A DNA stretch of 64,000 nt from Planktothrix sp. GU0601_MAG3 (GTDB lineage: Bacteria > Cyanobacteriota > Cyanobacteriia > Cyanobacteriales > Microcoleaceae): contig CP136572.1 in NCBI GenBank assembly GCA_035193785.1, forward strand, positions 3,668,578 through 3,732,577, written 5' to 3'. Of this stretch, positions 50,589 through 60,936 are shown in pieces (position 1 is the first letter of the stretch; each line of letters opens with the position of its first letter). The notes below the pieces were generated by a model, which searched no databases, had not been told where the DNA came from, and worked only from the letters and a program-made list of their open reading frames with translations. A program made the position numbers and the translations under genes.

Positions 50589-51389
50589 TTAAGAACGTTG
50601 GAAACGTAAAGCATCAATGGACTGCGCTGTTAGAAATATCCCTAAAATAATATAACTAGCTAACAGGACTATACTACTACTATCCACAATTCCTCGCACA
50701 AAATTAGTGTAACTAGAAATTAGAGATAATTGTTTTAACCCTTCTCCTAACACTCCTCCTAGACTTCCACCAATTAAGTCAATTACCCAGAGAAATAAAA
50801 CCAGCGCAAAGGTAAATACCGCCGCCAAAATCGTACTATTGGTCAGAGAAGAAATAAACATTCCCAGGGATAAAATTCCCGCCGCCAATAAAATTAACCC
50901 CAAATGAGCCAATAAAAATAACCCCGGAGAAACCGGAGGTTTAGAAGCACTAAAGGCTAATACTTGTAATCCCATCAACGGTAAAATCATTGTGACATAA
51001 AACGTTAGTACCCCTAACAATTTTCCCGTGGCTACCACCCAATTTGTTATGGGAGAAGTGGCTAATAGTTCCAAAGTTCCTAGTTTTCGTTCTTCTGCAT
51101 ATAAACCCATGGACAACATCGGTAACACAAATAACGATAAGGTACCAATCAAACGTAAATAGACTTGTAAAAATTCAGATGGTAAATCAATGGGGGGTTC
51201 AGTTATTCCCATCTGATCTCGGTAGGCAACCTGTTGAATTAACCCTTCTGGCCCTAATAAAATGGCAATAAAAAAGTATCCGGTAATCAGCCAAAAAACT
51301 CCAGCAATGGAGTATGCTAGGGGAGAGGCAAAATACCCCTGTAATTCCTTACGATAAATTGCCAGAATATTGTTCAAAATTATTAGCAT
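50589..51389 (-). CDS. GldF-like ABC-2 permease
   Basis: KELQGYFASPLAY, AEERKLGTLELLATSP. Confidence 0.9.
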   Translation of the reverse strand: MLIILNNILAIYRKELQGYFASPLAYSIAGVFWLITGYFFIAILLGPEGLIQQVAYRDQMGITEPPIDLPSEFLQVYLRLIGTLSLFVLPMLSMGLYAEERKLGTLELLATSPITNWVVATGKLLGVLTFYVTMILPLMGLQVLAFSASKPPVSPGLFLLAHLGLILLAAGILSLGMFISSLTNSTILAAVFTFALVLFLWVIDLIGGSLGGVLGEGLKQLSLISSYTNFVRGIVDSSSIVLLASYIILGIFLTAQSIDALRFQRS

Positions 51390-51391
51390 AA

Positions 51392-52496
51392 TTATTCCTC
51401 CTCCCGATCTAATGTTAAATTTTCCGGTTGAGAATCAGGATCTTCTATATTTTTAGATTCCTGACTCCCCAATTCTGAACTAATATTTTCCTCTGTTTCT
51501 ATATCCTCCCCGGTTTGGGAATCTGTTGTTGTGACCACCTGTGTTTTTTCAGGCTGAGTTTGGGTCGTCAACTCTAAAAATACATCTTCCAAACTCGCAC
51601 GAGTCCGCCGCAGTTCATAGACTTTCAAATCCGCCGCCAGTAACATCGCTAAAATTTCCGATGCCGGTTCTTGATCTAGTTCACAACCCAACCGCCATAT
51701 CCCTCGGTTTAAATCCCCTAAATTACCAACTTTTTCAATAACTTTTACCCCCGATATCTGTTGTAACCCGACCAAGGTTTCCGCCTCTATTTCTCCATCG
51801 AGTTCTACTTCATATCCCGAACCGCCCGTCAACTGTTCCATCAGGGTTTCCGGTGTCCCCGTTGCCACAATTTCACCCCGGTTAATAATCGCCACTTGGC
51901 TACAGGTCATACTCACTTCAGGTAGGATATGGGTTGATAAAATAATCGTATGACTCCCGGCTAAACTCTTAATTAAATTTCGCACTTCAATAATTTGTCG
52001 CGGGTCTAACCCGACCGTGGGTTCATCTAATACAATTACAGGCGGATCATGAACAATAGCTTGCGCAATTCCGACCCGTTGACGGTAGCCTTTCGATAAT
52101 TTTCTAATCAGGGATTTTCGCTTTTCCAATAATCCGCATTTTCTCATCGCCGTTTCTACATTGGTTTTGCGATCGCCCGCGACTACTTGTTTAATCTGTG
52201 CGACAAAATACAAATATCCTTCCACGGTCATATCGGGATATAACGGCGGATTTTCCGGTAAATAACCAATCCGTTGTCGCACATCCATGGATTTTTCATG
52301 CACATCAAACCCAGCAATTCTTGCCGTTCCACTTGTTGCCGGAAGATAGGCAGATAAAATCCGCAGGGTGGTGGTTTTTCCCGCCCCATTCGGCCCTAAA
52401 AATCCCAATATCGCCCCAGGTTTCCACCGCAAAGGAAACATCCCGCAGCGCCACAGTAGAACCGTAGGTTTTACACAACTTTTCAACTTCAATCAT
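51392..52496 (-). CDS. GldA-like ABC transporter ATP-binding protein (split by +1 at 52420-52424)
   Basis: GPNGAGKTT, LSKGYRQR, LDEPT; corrected N-terminus MIEVEKLCKTYG...FAVEPGAIL. Confidence 0.92.
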
Positions 52497-52650
52497 CCTG
52501 ACCGCTTGAGCAACGTCTCTTACTTTAGCTTGAAACGGACATTCTTAAAAGCCAAAATCTGATTTTTAAGAAAACTTACAATAACCGTATTCAAAGCCCA
52601 CGTCTTTCAAGCGTGGGATGTAGAATACCCGCCTTTAGCCGGAGTGAAGG

Positions 52651-52785
52651 TTAATGAGAGTTTTGGTTAGCAATATATTTCTTGATAGTTTCACTAGAAA
52701 CAGAGCCAGCCGTCCCACAATAATAGCTCCGACTCCACAAAGAAGGCAGTTTAAGTAAATGGGGAAATTCTTTTCTCAATGTTAA
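52651..52785 (-). pseudogene. tnpA: C-terminal remnant of the IS200/IS605 Y1 transposase TnpA
   Basis: LRKEFPHL..LPSLWSRSYYCGTAG.VS.ETIKKYIANQ with catalytic Tyr; the HUH-containing N-terminal part is missing. Confidence 0.85.
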
Positions 52786-52786
52786 C

Positions 52787-55700
52787 ATGACAGAAATAAC
52801 TCGGACGATTAAATTGAAATTCGTGAATCTCAACCGTTGTAAAGCTCAGATGTTTGAGCAAATGACGGAAGAAAACACACGGATTGCCAATAACCTGTTG
52901 TCATTGCCGATTAAAGAACGGCGTAAAATGACGACAGCTAAAATTATGTCCGAGTTAAAATCTGCCCTTGTTAACCAAGTAATCCGACATACCACATCCC
53001 CCACGGGTCGTAAAACTAAACAATACAAAGTTCTTCCTGTAGAAGTTAATAACCAAAACTGGAAGTTAACTCAAAAAGGAAATACTTATTCAATTAGTTT
53101 CCCGACTCTAAAAGGTGAAAAAAGAATCCCCGTTGAAGTTATATCCGCCCACTGGAAATTCATTTTAGATGGATTACTAGAGGGAACAATTCAAGGGGGA
53201 TCTTTTAAGTTAATTAAACATAGAAATAAGTGGTATGTCTATCTGTCAATCACTGAGGATGTTCCAGAGGTTAAGACAGAGAAAACATTAGGGTGTGACC
53301 GAGGGCAGAATAATTTAGCGGTAGTTGCACCTAAGCAGGGTTTTGGTAAGTTCTTTAATGGTCAAAGCGTTAAGCATCGGAGACGTTATTTTCAAAAACG
53401 AAGAAAACAACTTCAAGAAGCTAAAAAGTTTCGAGCTTTAAAGAAATGGGACAAAAAAGAACGACGATGGATGGATGCAATTAACCATACTGTCAGTCGT
53501 CGAATTGTTCGTTTTGCCGAATACCACAACGCTGATGTTGTGATTGAGGATTTGGAAGGTTGTCGTAAAACTATGAAACAGAGCAAGAAATCTCGTTCTG
53601 ATTCTGGTCAATCTCGGCATAATTGGTCTTATTATTCTTTGGAACAAAAACTTAATTATAAGTTAGCTCTTAAAGGATTGAAGTTAATTAAAAGACCTGC
53701 GCCATATACTTCTAAGTCTTGCTCAACTTGTGGTGTTATTGGCAAAAGAAATCGACATGATTTTAATTGCTCTTATGGTCACTACCATAATTCCGATCTT
53801 AATGCGGCACGAAACCTATCTCAATGGGACGGTTTCTTTTGTCAGTTAGACCTACAGAGAGATGCTTCTGTAATGGATTCATCCGGTTTGACTGATGGGG
53901 TGCTTGGCACACCCCTGAACTCGGTGAATACAGTCAAACAAGAGTATGTTCAACTGTCTCTGGTGCGATTCGTTTAACCTAAAATAAGCTGAAAGGCTTA
54001 TGGGACGGTTAACCCAGTTGTTGAAACTGGTGATAACTGATTACATTTGTGGGTGAGTCGTTGTACGACAAGTCCTACCCCCCAAGTGCTGAGGTGAAAG
54101 CATAACCCCTAGTTTGATTGGATAGCAACCAACAGGCTAAAGCGGGGTTAAAAGGTAGAACTACTGGTAGCCAAATCTGGTAACTATCGAGCAAGAAGTC
54201 CATGCGTAGCGTAAGCAAAGATGTGTCTGAACCATCGTAAGTTGAAATGGTGTAATGGCTAAGTCAACAATGACTAACACCAAGCCAAAAGGCAAGGATA
54301 GGGCATAGGCGTTTTAGAGAACGACTTATAAGCACCGCCCAATAAACCCGATGGAAAGCATCACGCTAAAGACTTCAAACAAATGTGTAATTGGAACGAA
54401 GTAATCCCTATATATCTCTGGAAAAGGTCGAAAATCCAGTAAGTAGCTAACGAATGATATATGGGGATGGGATGGTGTCAAAAGCGAATGCCCTTGGTAA
54501 TGCAAGGGATATGCTAACAGACGCTCGGTAATTCCAAAGAAATAGAACAAGTAGCAATGAATAAATCTAAAACGCAGAACAATCTGACGGTGGAATGGAA
54601 AGACCTTAACTGGCGCAAGCTAGAAAAGGTAACTTTTAAGTTGCAAAAGCGAATATTTCAAGCGAGTACACGAGGCGATGTTAAAGCAGTTCGCAAACTT
54701 CAGAAGACCCTGATTAATTCCTGGTCAGCTAAATGTATCGCTGTTCGTCGGGTAACACAAGATAACCAAGGTAAAAATACGGCAGGTGTAGACGGAGTTA
54801 AATCTCTGACTCCAAAGCAACGTATGAACCTTGTAGGACGACTAAAGTTAACCAATAAAGCCAAACCAACTCGTAGAGTTGAAATACCTAAACCTGGTAC
54901 AACTGAAACCCGTCCATTAGGAATACCCACAATAAACGACCGCGCACTACAAGCATTAGTAAAATTAGCGTTAGAACCAGAATGGGAGGCTAAATTCGAG
55001 CCAAACAGTTATGGTTTTAGACCAGGACGCTCATGTCACGATGCAATCGAAGCAATATTTAACAGTATTAGATACAAATCCAAATATGTACTTGATGCTG
55101 ATATCTCAAAATGCTTCGACCGCATAAACCATAAAGCGTTAATCTCCAAAATACACACATACCCCACATTAAGCCGTCAAATTAAAATATGGCTCAAAGC
55201 AGGGTACTGTGTCGGAAAAGAACTTTTTCCTACTAATGATGGTACACCACAAGGCGGGGTGATTTCACCCCTACTTGCGAATATAGCCTTACATGGTATA
55301 GAAAATAGAGTCAAGCAATATGCAGAAACTCTTAAAGGGCAAAAACGGGTTAATTGTGAATCCCTTAGTCTAATCCGATACGCTGATGATTTTGTGATAA
55401 TCCATAAGGATTTAAACGTAGTCAAAAAGTGTCAAGAGATAATTGCAGATTGGTTAAACGACATGGGACTAGAATTGAAATCAAGTAAAACAAAATTAAC
55501 CCACACCCTCAATGAAATTGATGGAAATATCGGGTTTGAGTTTTTAGGGTTCCATATCCAACAACACAAAGTAGGGAACTACCGATGTGCCAACAACACG
55601 AATGGAACACCGCTAGGTTTTAGTACATTAATCACACCCTCAAAAGCCAAAATCAAAACCCACCTTGTCAAAATAGCTGAAGTAATAGATGCCCATAAGA

Positions 55701-56440
55701 CCGCCCCACAAGCTGCTTTAATTAGTAAGCTGAATCCAATTATAAGAGGCTGGTCAAACTATTACTCAACAGTTGTTAGTAAAGAAACCTTTAACAAGGT
55801 TGACCATCTAACTTACGACAAGTTAAGAGCTTGGGCAAAAACGAGGGGAAAAGGGAACATCAATAAAGATAAATACTGGAGAACAGTAGGCGACAGAAAT
55901 TGGTGTTTCAGTACAGAAGACGGAACGGAATTACTCACCCATAGCAGTATGCCAATCGTAAAGCATACAAAGGTTAAAAGTGAAGTTAGTCCGTTTGATG
56001 GTAACTGGATTTATTGGAGTAAGCGTAGAGGCGAATATCCAGAAACTCCTAAAAGAGTGGCAACACTTATCAAGAAACAGAAGGGTATTTGTCCTCACTG
56101 TGGTCTGTATTTTACAAGTACAGACAAGGTAGAAGTTGACCATATAACACCAACAACATTAGGTGGAAAAGACACCTATAAAAACTGGCAACTCCTACAC
56201 AAGCATTGTCACGACACAAAAACGGCTAATGATGGTTCTTTAATTAAAAGTAAGCAATTACCAATAGTTGAGAATTATGAAAACAACCCGTTTTGAATCG
56301 TATCCATAACAAGGATGGAATTATCAAGGAGCCGTGTGATGCGAAAGTATCACGCACGGTTCTGAAGGAGAGGTTAGGGGGGTAACTCCCTAATCGACTC
56401 TAACTTTGACTGGGCTAGATACGAGAATCCCACCCCTTAG
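52787..56440 (+). CDS. tnpB: RNA-guided endonuclease TnpB; exons 52787-53962 and 56405-56440 (403 aa after splicing)
   Basis: RuvC-I GCDRG, RuvC-II VIEDL, zinc ribbon CSTC..CSYGH, RuvC-III SDLNAARN; the spliced end reads QLSL|FDWARYENPTP*. Confidence 0.9.
53963..56404 (+). mobile_element. Group II intron (IIB / chloroplast-like class) with RT-maturase-HNH ORF
   Basis: 5' GTGCG at 53963; domain V GAGCCGTGTGATGCGAAAGTATCACGCACGGTTC 56329-56362; domain VI hairpin ending in AC at 56404; EBS1 TAGAGA 54315-54320 and EBS2 AGTTGAA 54240-54246 complement the exon. Confidence 0.95.
54557..56296 (+). CDS. ltrA: Group II intron reverse transcriptase/maturase with HNH endonuclease
   Basis: TAGVDG, RPLGIP, GTPQGGVISPLLANI, YADD, domain X NPIIRGWSNYY, CPHC...DHI...N..LLHKHCHD. 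Confidence 0.95.
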   Translation: MNKSKTQNNLTVEWKDLNWRKLEKVTFKLQKRIFQASTRGDVKAVRKLQKTLINSWSAKCIAVRRVTQDNQGKNTAGVDGVKSLTPKQRMNLVGRLKLTNKAKPTRRVEIPKPGTTETRPLGIPTINDRALQALVKLALEPEWEAKFEPNSYGFRPGRSCHDAIEAIFNSIRYKSKYVLDADISKCFDRINHKALISKIHTYPTLSRQIKIWLKAGYCVGKELFPTNDGTPQGGVISPLLANIALHGIENRVKQYAETLKGQKRVNCESLSLIRYADDFVIIHKDLNVVKKCQEIIADWLNDMGLELKSSKTKLTHTLNEIDGNIGFEFLGFHIQQHKVGNYRCANNTNGTPLGFSTLITPSKAKIKTHLVKIAEVIDAHKTAPQAALISKLNPIIRGWSNYYSTVVSKETFNKVDHLTYDKLRAWAKTRGKGNINKDKYWRTVGDRNWCFSTEDGTELLTHSSMPIVKHTKVKSEVSPFDGNWIYWSKRRGEYPETPKRVATLIKKQKGICPHCGLYFTSTDKVEVDHITPTTLGGKDTYKNWQLLHKHCHDTKTANDGSLIKSKQLPIVENYENNPF

Positions 56441-56587
56441 CGTAGCGTAGGGGTGGGAGTGTCAAATCTGTTTTCCACCTTAACTTTCTATTATTTTTAA
56501 TCCTATTATCCCCCGTTATCCAACGGAAAATGAATAAGTAAAAATAATTGATATAGACAGAGTATTTTAAAATTTAAAACATTCAGA

Positions 56588-56685
56588 ATTGTAAACAACT
56601 GTAAACCGCCAAATTATTGAGAATAATTCTCATATTTTTGACGAAAAATCAAGGGGTTGACAGGATGAGGTGGATGATGTAGAAT
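56588..56685 (+). promoter_or_regulatory. Consensus sigma70 promoter with upstream Fur-like and HLR1-like motifs
   Basis: TTGACA 56657-56662 N17 TAGAAT 56680-56685; 7-1-7 palindrome TGAGAAT-A-ATTCTCA 56618-56632; TTTACAGT-TG-TTTACAAT (minus) 56588-56605. Confidence 0.6.
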
Positions 56686-56968
56686 TTTTGTCAAGATATC
56701 AAAATGGTCTCTTGCGTCAAAAAATCAAATAAAGCTGCTGTAGCCCTAATCCTGTCGTTAATTTCGGCAATTTTAGACTGGATTGGGGACAAGTTTCCGC
56801 AAAATACTCCGGGCTGAATCCCCCTAGTGAAATATTTTTGATTGTTACAAAGTATAAAGATTTGTAATTATTATTGACAAAAGCAAAAAAGTATGCGCAT
56901 CGCCTGAGATAGATTTCTGAGATGGGGTATTCTATTCTAATCCTTGAGTAACTCAATTATATTTTAAT

Positions 56969-58217
56969 ATGGCAAATCGCCTGTTTTTAGACAACCGACT
57001 CCGAGAAAAATTTTTGAGTCAGAATGTAACAGAATTCAATATCAGTTTACCCCAAGATATTCTCGATATTGAGGACAAAACTCGGTCTAACCTGTTTAGC
57101 TGGCGTGGACAATTTGCTCCTCAATTAGTGGAAAACCTAATTTTTGCCTATGCTCCCAAAACCGCCACAATTTTAGATCCCTTTCTCGGAAGTGGAAACT
57201 GTAGTTTATGAAGCTGGGTGTTTAGGTTTAAAAGCATTTGGATGTGAACTTAATCCCGCAGCCTGGATTTTAAGTCGTACCTATCAATTGATTAACTTAA
57301 CACGACAGAAACGAGAACAGATCATTATATCTGTAACCCGGAAATTAGAAACTATACTGGAAATATCTAACTTTTTTGATATCCAGTACCATCAACCCCT
57401 GACAATAGAAGAATTTAGAAAAAATTTGAGTGAACTCTATGATCAATTAGAAGATTTTGAGAGTATTATTGTTCATGGGTTAGTGATCCTCTTAGATATC
57501 TCAGACAATAATAACTTAACCAGAGAACAAATTTACCATACCGCTTGTAAACTCTACCAATTAATTCGGGAACTTCCATATTCTGAAGAAAAAATTAATC
57601 CGGTTTTAGGGGATGCGCGTCAGCTTCCCATCGAAGATGATTGTATTGATTTTGTGATTACCTCTCCCCCCTATATCAACGTTTTCAATTATCACCAAAA
57701 TTACCGTAGTTCCGCAGAAATATTGGGTTGGGACTTACTCAAAATTGCTAAATCCGAAATAGGTTCAAATCGAGCTAACCGAGGCAATAGATTTTTGACT
57801 GTCATCCAATACTGTTTAGATCTAGTTGCAGTTCTCCAAGAGCTTCAGAGAGTCTGTCAAAAAGAAACACGAATCATTTTTGTAGTCGGTTATCAATCAA
57901 CGGTGTTAGGTGTTCCCTTCTATAATTCAAAAATTATTGTAGAATTAGTTAAACAGTCTGGTGTTTTTGACTCGGTACTCACACAAAAACGTCAATTTAA
58001 AAATAAGTTTGGTCAAATCATTCAAGAAGACTTATTACACTTAGTAAACAAAAAAGTTTCTATATCAGTTCAAGACTGGGATATAATTGCCAGACAGGTT
58101 GCTAGACAAGTTTTAACCCAAGGATTAAATGTAGTTTCAGAAAAAAATAAATCTTCTCTCAGAGACGCAATTGGTAAAGTTTATGGTTTAACTCCATCTC
58201 CCTATTTACAACAATAA
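56969..58217 (+). CDS. Amino (N4-C/N6-A) DNA methyltransferase of a type II R-M system (split by +1 at 57195-57199)
   Basis: Motif I DPFLGSGT (corrected), then motif IV ITSPPY. Confidence 0.88.
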
Positions 58218-58240
58218 AACCTCGAAAGGATAATCTGACA

Positions 58241-59153
58241 ATGCTGAAATTTCCAACGCCTCATTATGATAAACTCAAAGCTTGTTTGAAAAACCCTCAA
58301 TTACCTGCTGCTGACAAAGAACGAGTTGAACAATCCCTAAAACAATATCAACAATGGATACAAGCATTAGAAACTGTTGAACAAGATCAAACAAATACGG
58401 TGGAAAAGTTAGTAGAGGTAACTAATTTCTATCAGCGTTTCATTGAACTGGACTTAATCTTTGATAGTTCTGATAATTTTTTATATCGTCAAAAAGGACA
58501 ACTCAAACTAGATAATACAATTCTTGAGGAATTTCTCCCTCAATTGATCTATAGAAGTTTACGAGGAATTGATGACACCTTTGAAATTGGGCCACAAAAT
58601 ACCTTTTCTGGATTAAGTTTTTTGTCTTCTTTGGGAAATCAGGGTCAAGGGGGTGAAACCCAGTTTAAAAACGAAAAATCAAGATTTTATTTTAGGAAAA
58701 AAACTGTACTTAAAAACTTCATTAGATAGTGAGTTTAAAAATTCTAAGCTGCTTGAGTCACATCTAGGATATGTTTGTGCTGAATGTAAAACTAATTTAG
58801 ATAAAACGATGTTTCAGGAAGCAGTTGCTACCAGCAGAGATCTAAAAGTAGCTATTCCTAGTTCACTATACTTTTTAGTCTGCGAATTTTTGGATATGAC
58901 TCCAGTTTCTATTATTTCCACTCAGATTGATAATGTCTTAATTGTCAGAAAAAGTAAGCGTTTATCTGCAAATATTCGCCAGCAATATAAAACACCAGAA
59001 TCTCGAAAGCAACACCGCCAAAACTATGTAGATTTTCTCGATGAGTCGAAATATTATCCTGATGTTTTTCAAATAATGGTTAATAAAATTCAAACTTTAA
59101 TTAATGATACAGTACCCGAAATTGATCTGGTTTTGGAAAGAGGACATTTTTAA
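58241..59153 (+). CDS. Bpu10I-family type II restriction endonuclease (split by +1 at 58655-58659)
   Basis: YRQKGQLKLDNTILEEF, KNQDF, AECKTNLDKTMFQEA; adjacent to the methyltransferase. Confidence 0.8.
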
Positions 59154-59314
59154 CTGATTTTAGGGAGGTAGCCACTAATACTAATTACCGATTTCCTGCG
59201 TGTTATAATGGGGATGCTTGCTAGACTGTATAGTCTAAATGCTAAACAGCTTATATTATCCTGCATTTCTGAAACCTTCGGTTAGGTCAAAATCAAATTA
59301 CAACCTGAATAAAA

Positions 59315-59794
59315 ATGCGATTAATTATTACCCACACAACCCTGTTAAAATTGCATCCCGTTGATTCTTCAACCTTAACAGAGGCTCAAAAAATCAATTT
59401 TCCACTCGGGAGTCGCTTAATCCTAAGCAGCTACCAAGATCACAAACCCGATCATTACCAGATTACCTTAGTCGGATCTTTAGGAACTGGCAAAGATAAA
59501 AGTATGGTTTGGTATGTCTATAAACCCCATGCTTTAATTCTGACTTCTGACCGAGAGTTTGCTACCGTGAATTTGTCAACCGACACCCATCTTAATGTGC
59601 GTTCATCTCCCAATGTTGTTCCTGATAATGTAGTTTATAAAATCCCTAATCATGTTGATGTCGAATTAATTGAATGTTGCTTTAATCAGCAGTTATGGTG
59701 GTTAGGAAAACCGTTAGGTGATGACAAAAAAGCCTATGGATGGATTGCGGGAAAATATTTAAACCTTTATACTCCAGAAGGGTGTTCGCTGTAG
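59315..59794 (+). CDS. Hypothetical protein with C-terminal SH3b-like domain
   Basis: LNVRSSP...WW...GWIAGKYL pattern. Confidence 0.6.
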   Translation: MRLIITHTTLLKLHPVDSSTLTEAQKINFPLGSRLILSSYQDHKPDHYQITLVGSLGTGKDKSMVWYVYKPHALILTSDREFATVNLSTDTHLNVRSSPNVVPDNVVYKIPNHVDVELIECCFNQQLWWLGKPLGDDKKAYGWIAGKYLNLYTPEGCSL

Positions 59795-59890
59795 TAGTTT
59801 TCCTAATTAATCCAACCTTTAATCTAGGGTTAAAAGGCGGTCAGTTTTTAAACAAGGCGATCGCTTTTTAAACCTTGATCAAATGTTGAG

Positions 59891-60799
59891 TTATCCCGCA
59901 CGAAACCAACCATTGATGGTGAAGCGTCCATCCTCAAACCGTTGGGATGGACAACTGACAGGCATCACCTCATGTTTGCAACGACTATCAAAAAAAACAA
60001 TACTATTATTATGGGGTTCAATATCAATAAATTCCCGTTCATTCAAGGCATAACCATTTTGCCATTCCGTGGCATACAGTCTTAAATTTCCTCCCGAAAA
60101 GTTTTTAGGTTCTTTATAAAAATAATAGACATAAGTAATAATACGAGTATTAGTTTCGGGACTACCCGAATCATTATGAATTTTATAAAAACACCCGTCA
60201 TTATGGGAGGTTAATTGCATTTCGACTTGAGAAACAGTAAAGGGTGAAAGGTTTAACTGGGTGAGGACAGAAGGAATTGTAGCGATTAATTTCTTTCGCA
60301 ATAATTCATAGAAATCAGGAAATAAAGTGGCATAAAGAATCGAAGATTTTCGATAATTACTTGCTTGAGTAGTGGTTTTAGATCCCACAAATTTATCCGG
60401 TTGTTTTAAAGCGATTTTCAAAGATTCTTTGTGTTCTTGAGGTTTTAAAAAATTTTCAATTTGTACATAATTAGCAGGTAAAATTTCCAGATTATTCTCA
60501 GTAACAATTGGGGGGGAAGGGGGGAGAAGTTCAACGGTGGTTGTGGAGGGTTGGGAAATAGGAGCAGCGTTAAAATTTGCAGATGAAGCCAGTAAGGATG
60601 GAGATTGTAGAAGTTCCAGGGGAGTAACGGAAGAACATCCCGACATTTCTAAGATTTTTAAGGCAATATTCGCCCGTTCAGTCGGAGAAACTGCTTGATC
60701 TTGAAGTAGGGTTTCTAGGGTGGTAATCGATTGATTAATTAAATGTTTGAGTCTTTCTATCGGAATCAGAGTACCAGTGGTAGGGGGGATAGTATTCAT
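59891..60799 (-). CDS. 2OG-Fe(II) oxygenase (prolyl-hydroxylase-like)
   Basis: HND, GGNLRLY, HEV, RFTINGW; likely start MNTIPP at 60799. Confidence 0.85.
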   Translation of the reverse strand: MNTIPPTTGTLIPIERLKHLINQSITTLETLLQDQAVSPTERANIALKILEMSGCSSVTPLELLQSPSLLASSANFNAAPISQPSTTTVELLPPSPPIVTENNLEILPANYVQIENFLKPQEHKESLKIALKQPDKFVGSKTTTQASNYRKSSILYATLFPDFYELLRKKLIATIPSVLTQLNLSPFTVSQVEMQLTSHNDGCFYKIHNDSGSPETNTRIITYVYYFYKEPKNFSGGNLRLYATEWQNGYALNEREFIDIEPHNNSIVFFDSRCKHEVMPVSCPSQRFEDGRFTINGWFRAG

Positions 60800-60936
60800 A
60801 CGGAGTTCGGGTAAAAACCATCGGAAAGCTATTCTCTCTATGGTGACATAAATTTTAGCATTGGGGTAGAGAAATGCAACAGAGCCAGAGCCATAGCCAG
60901 AGAGAGAGACGCGCCATGGCACGTCTCTACGATAGG

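Larger units (their letters stand above)
52580..56465 (+). mobile_element. IS200/IS605-family element (truncated tnpA + tnpB) carrying a group II intron
   Basis: Target TTAC 52576-52579; left-end guide AAAG 52593-52596 + hairpin CCCACG/CGTGGG 52597-52617; right-end guide GAAT 56425-56428 + hairpin TCCCACCCCT/AGGGGTGGGA 56428-56458; terminal TCAA 56462-56465 (same guide/cleavage tetramers as IS608). Confidence 0.9.

Noticed and set aside
54557..56296. Retron, DGR or CRISPR-associated RT
   Set aside because: It has maturase X and HNH domains and sits inside a complete group II intron RNA with domain V/VI and EBS-IBS pairing
52580..56465. Classical IStron or Cas12/CRISPR locus
   Set aside because: The intron is group II and internal to tnpB rather than a group I intron spanning the IS; no CRISPR array is nearby
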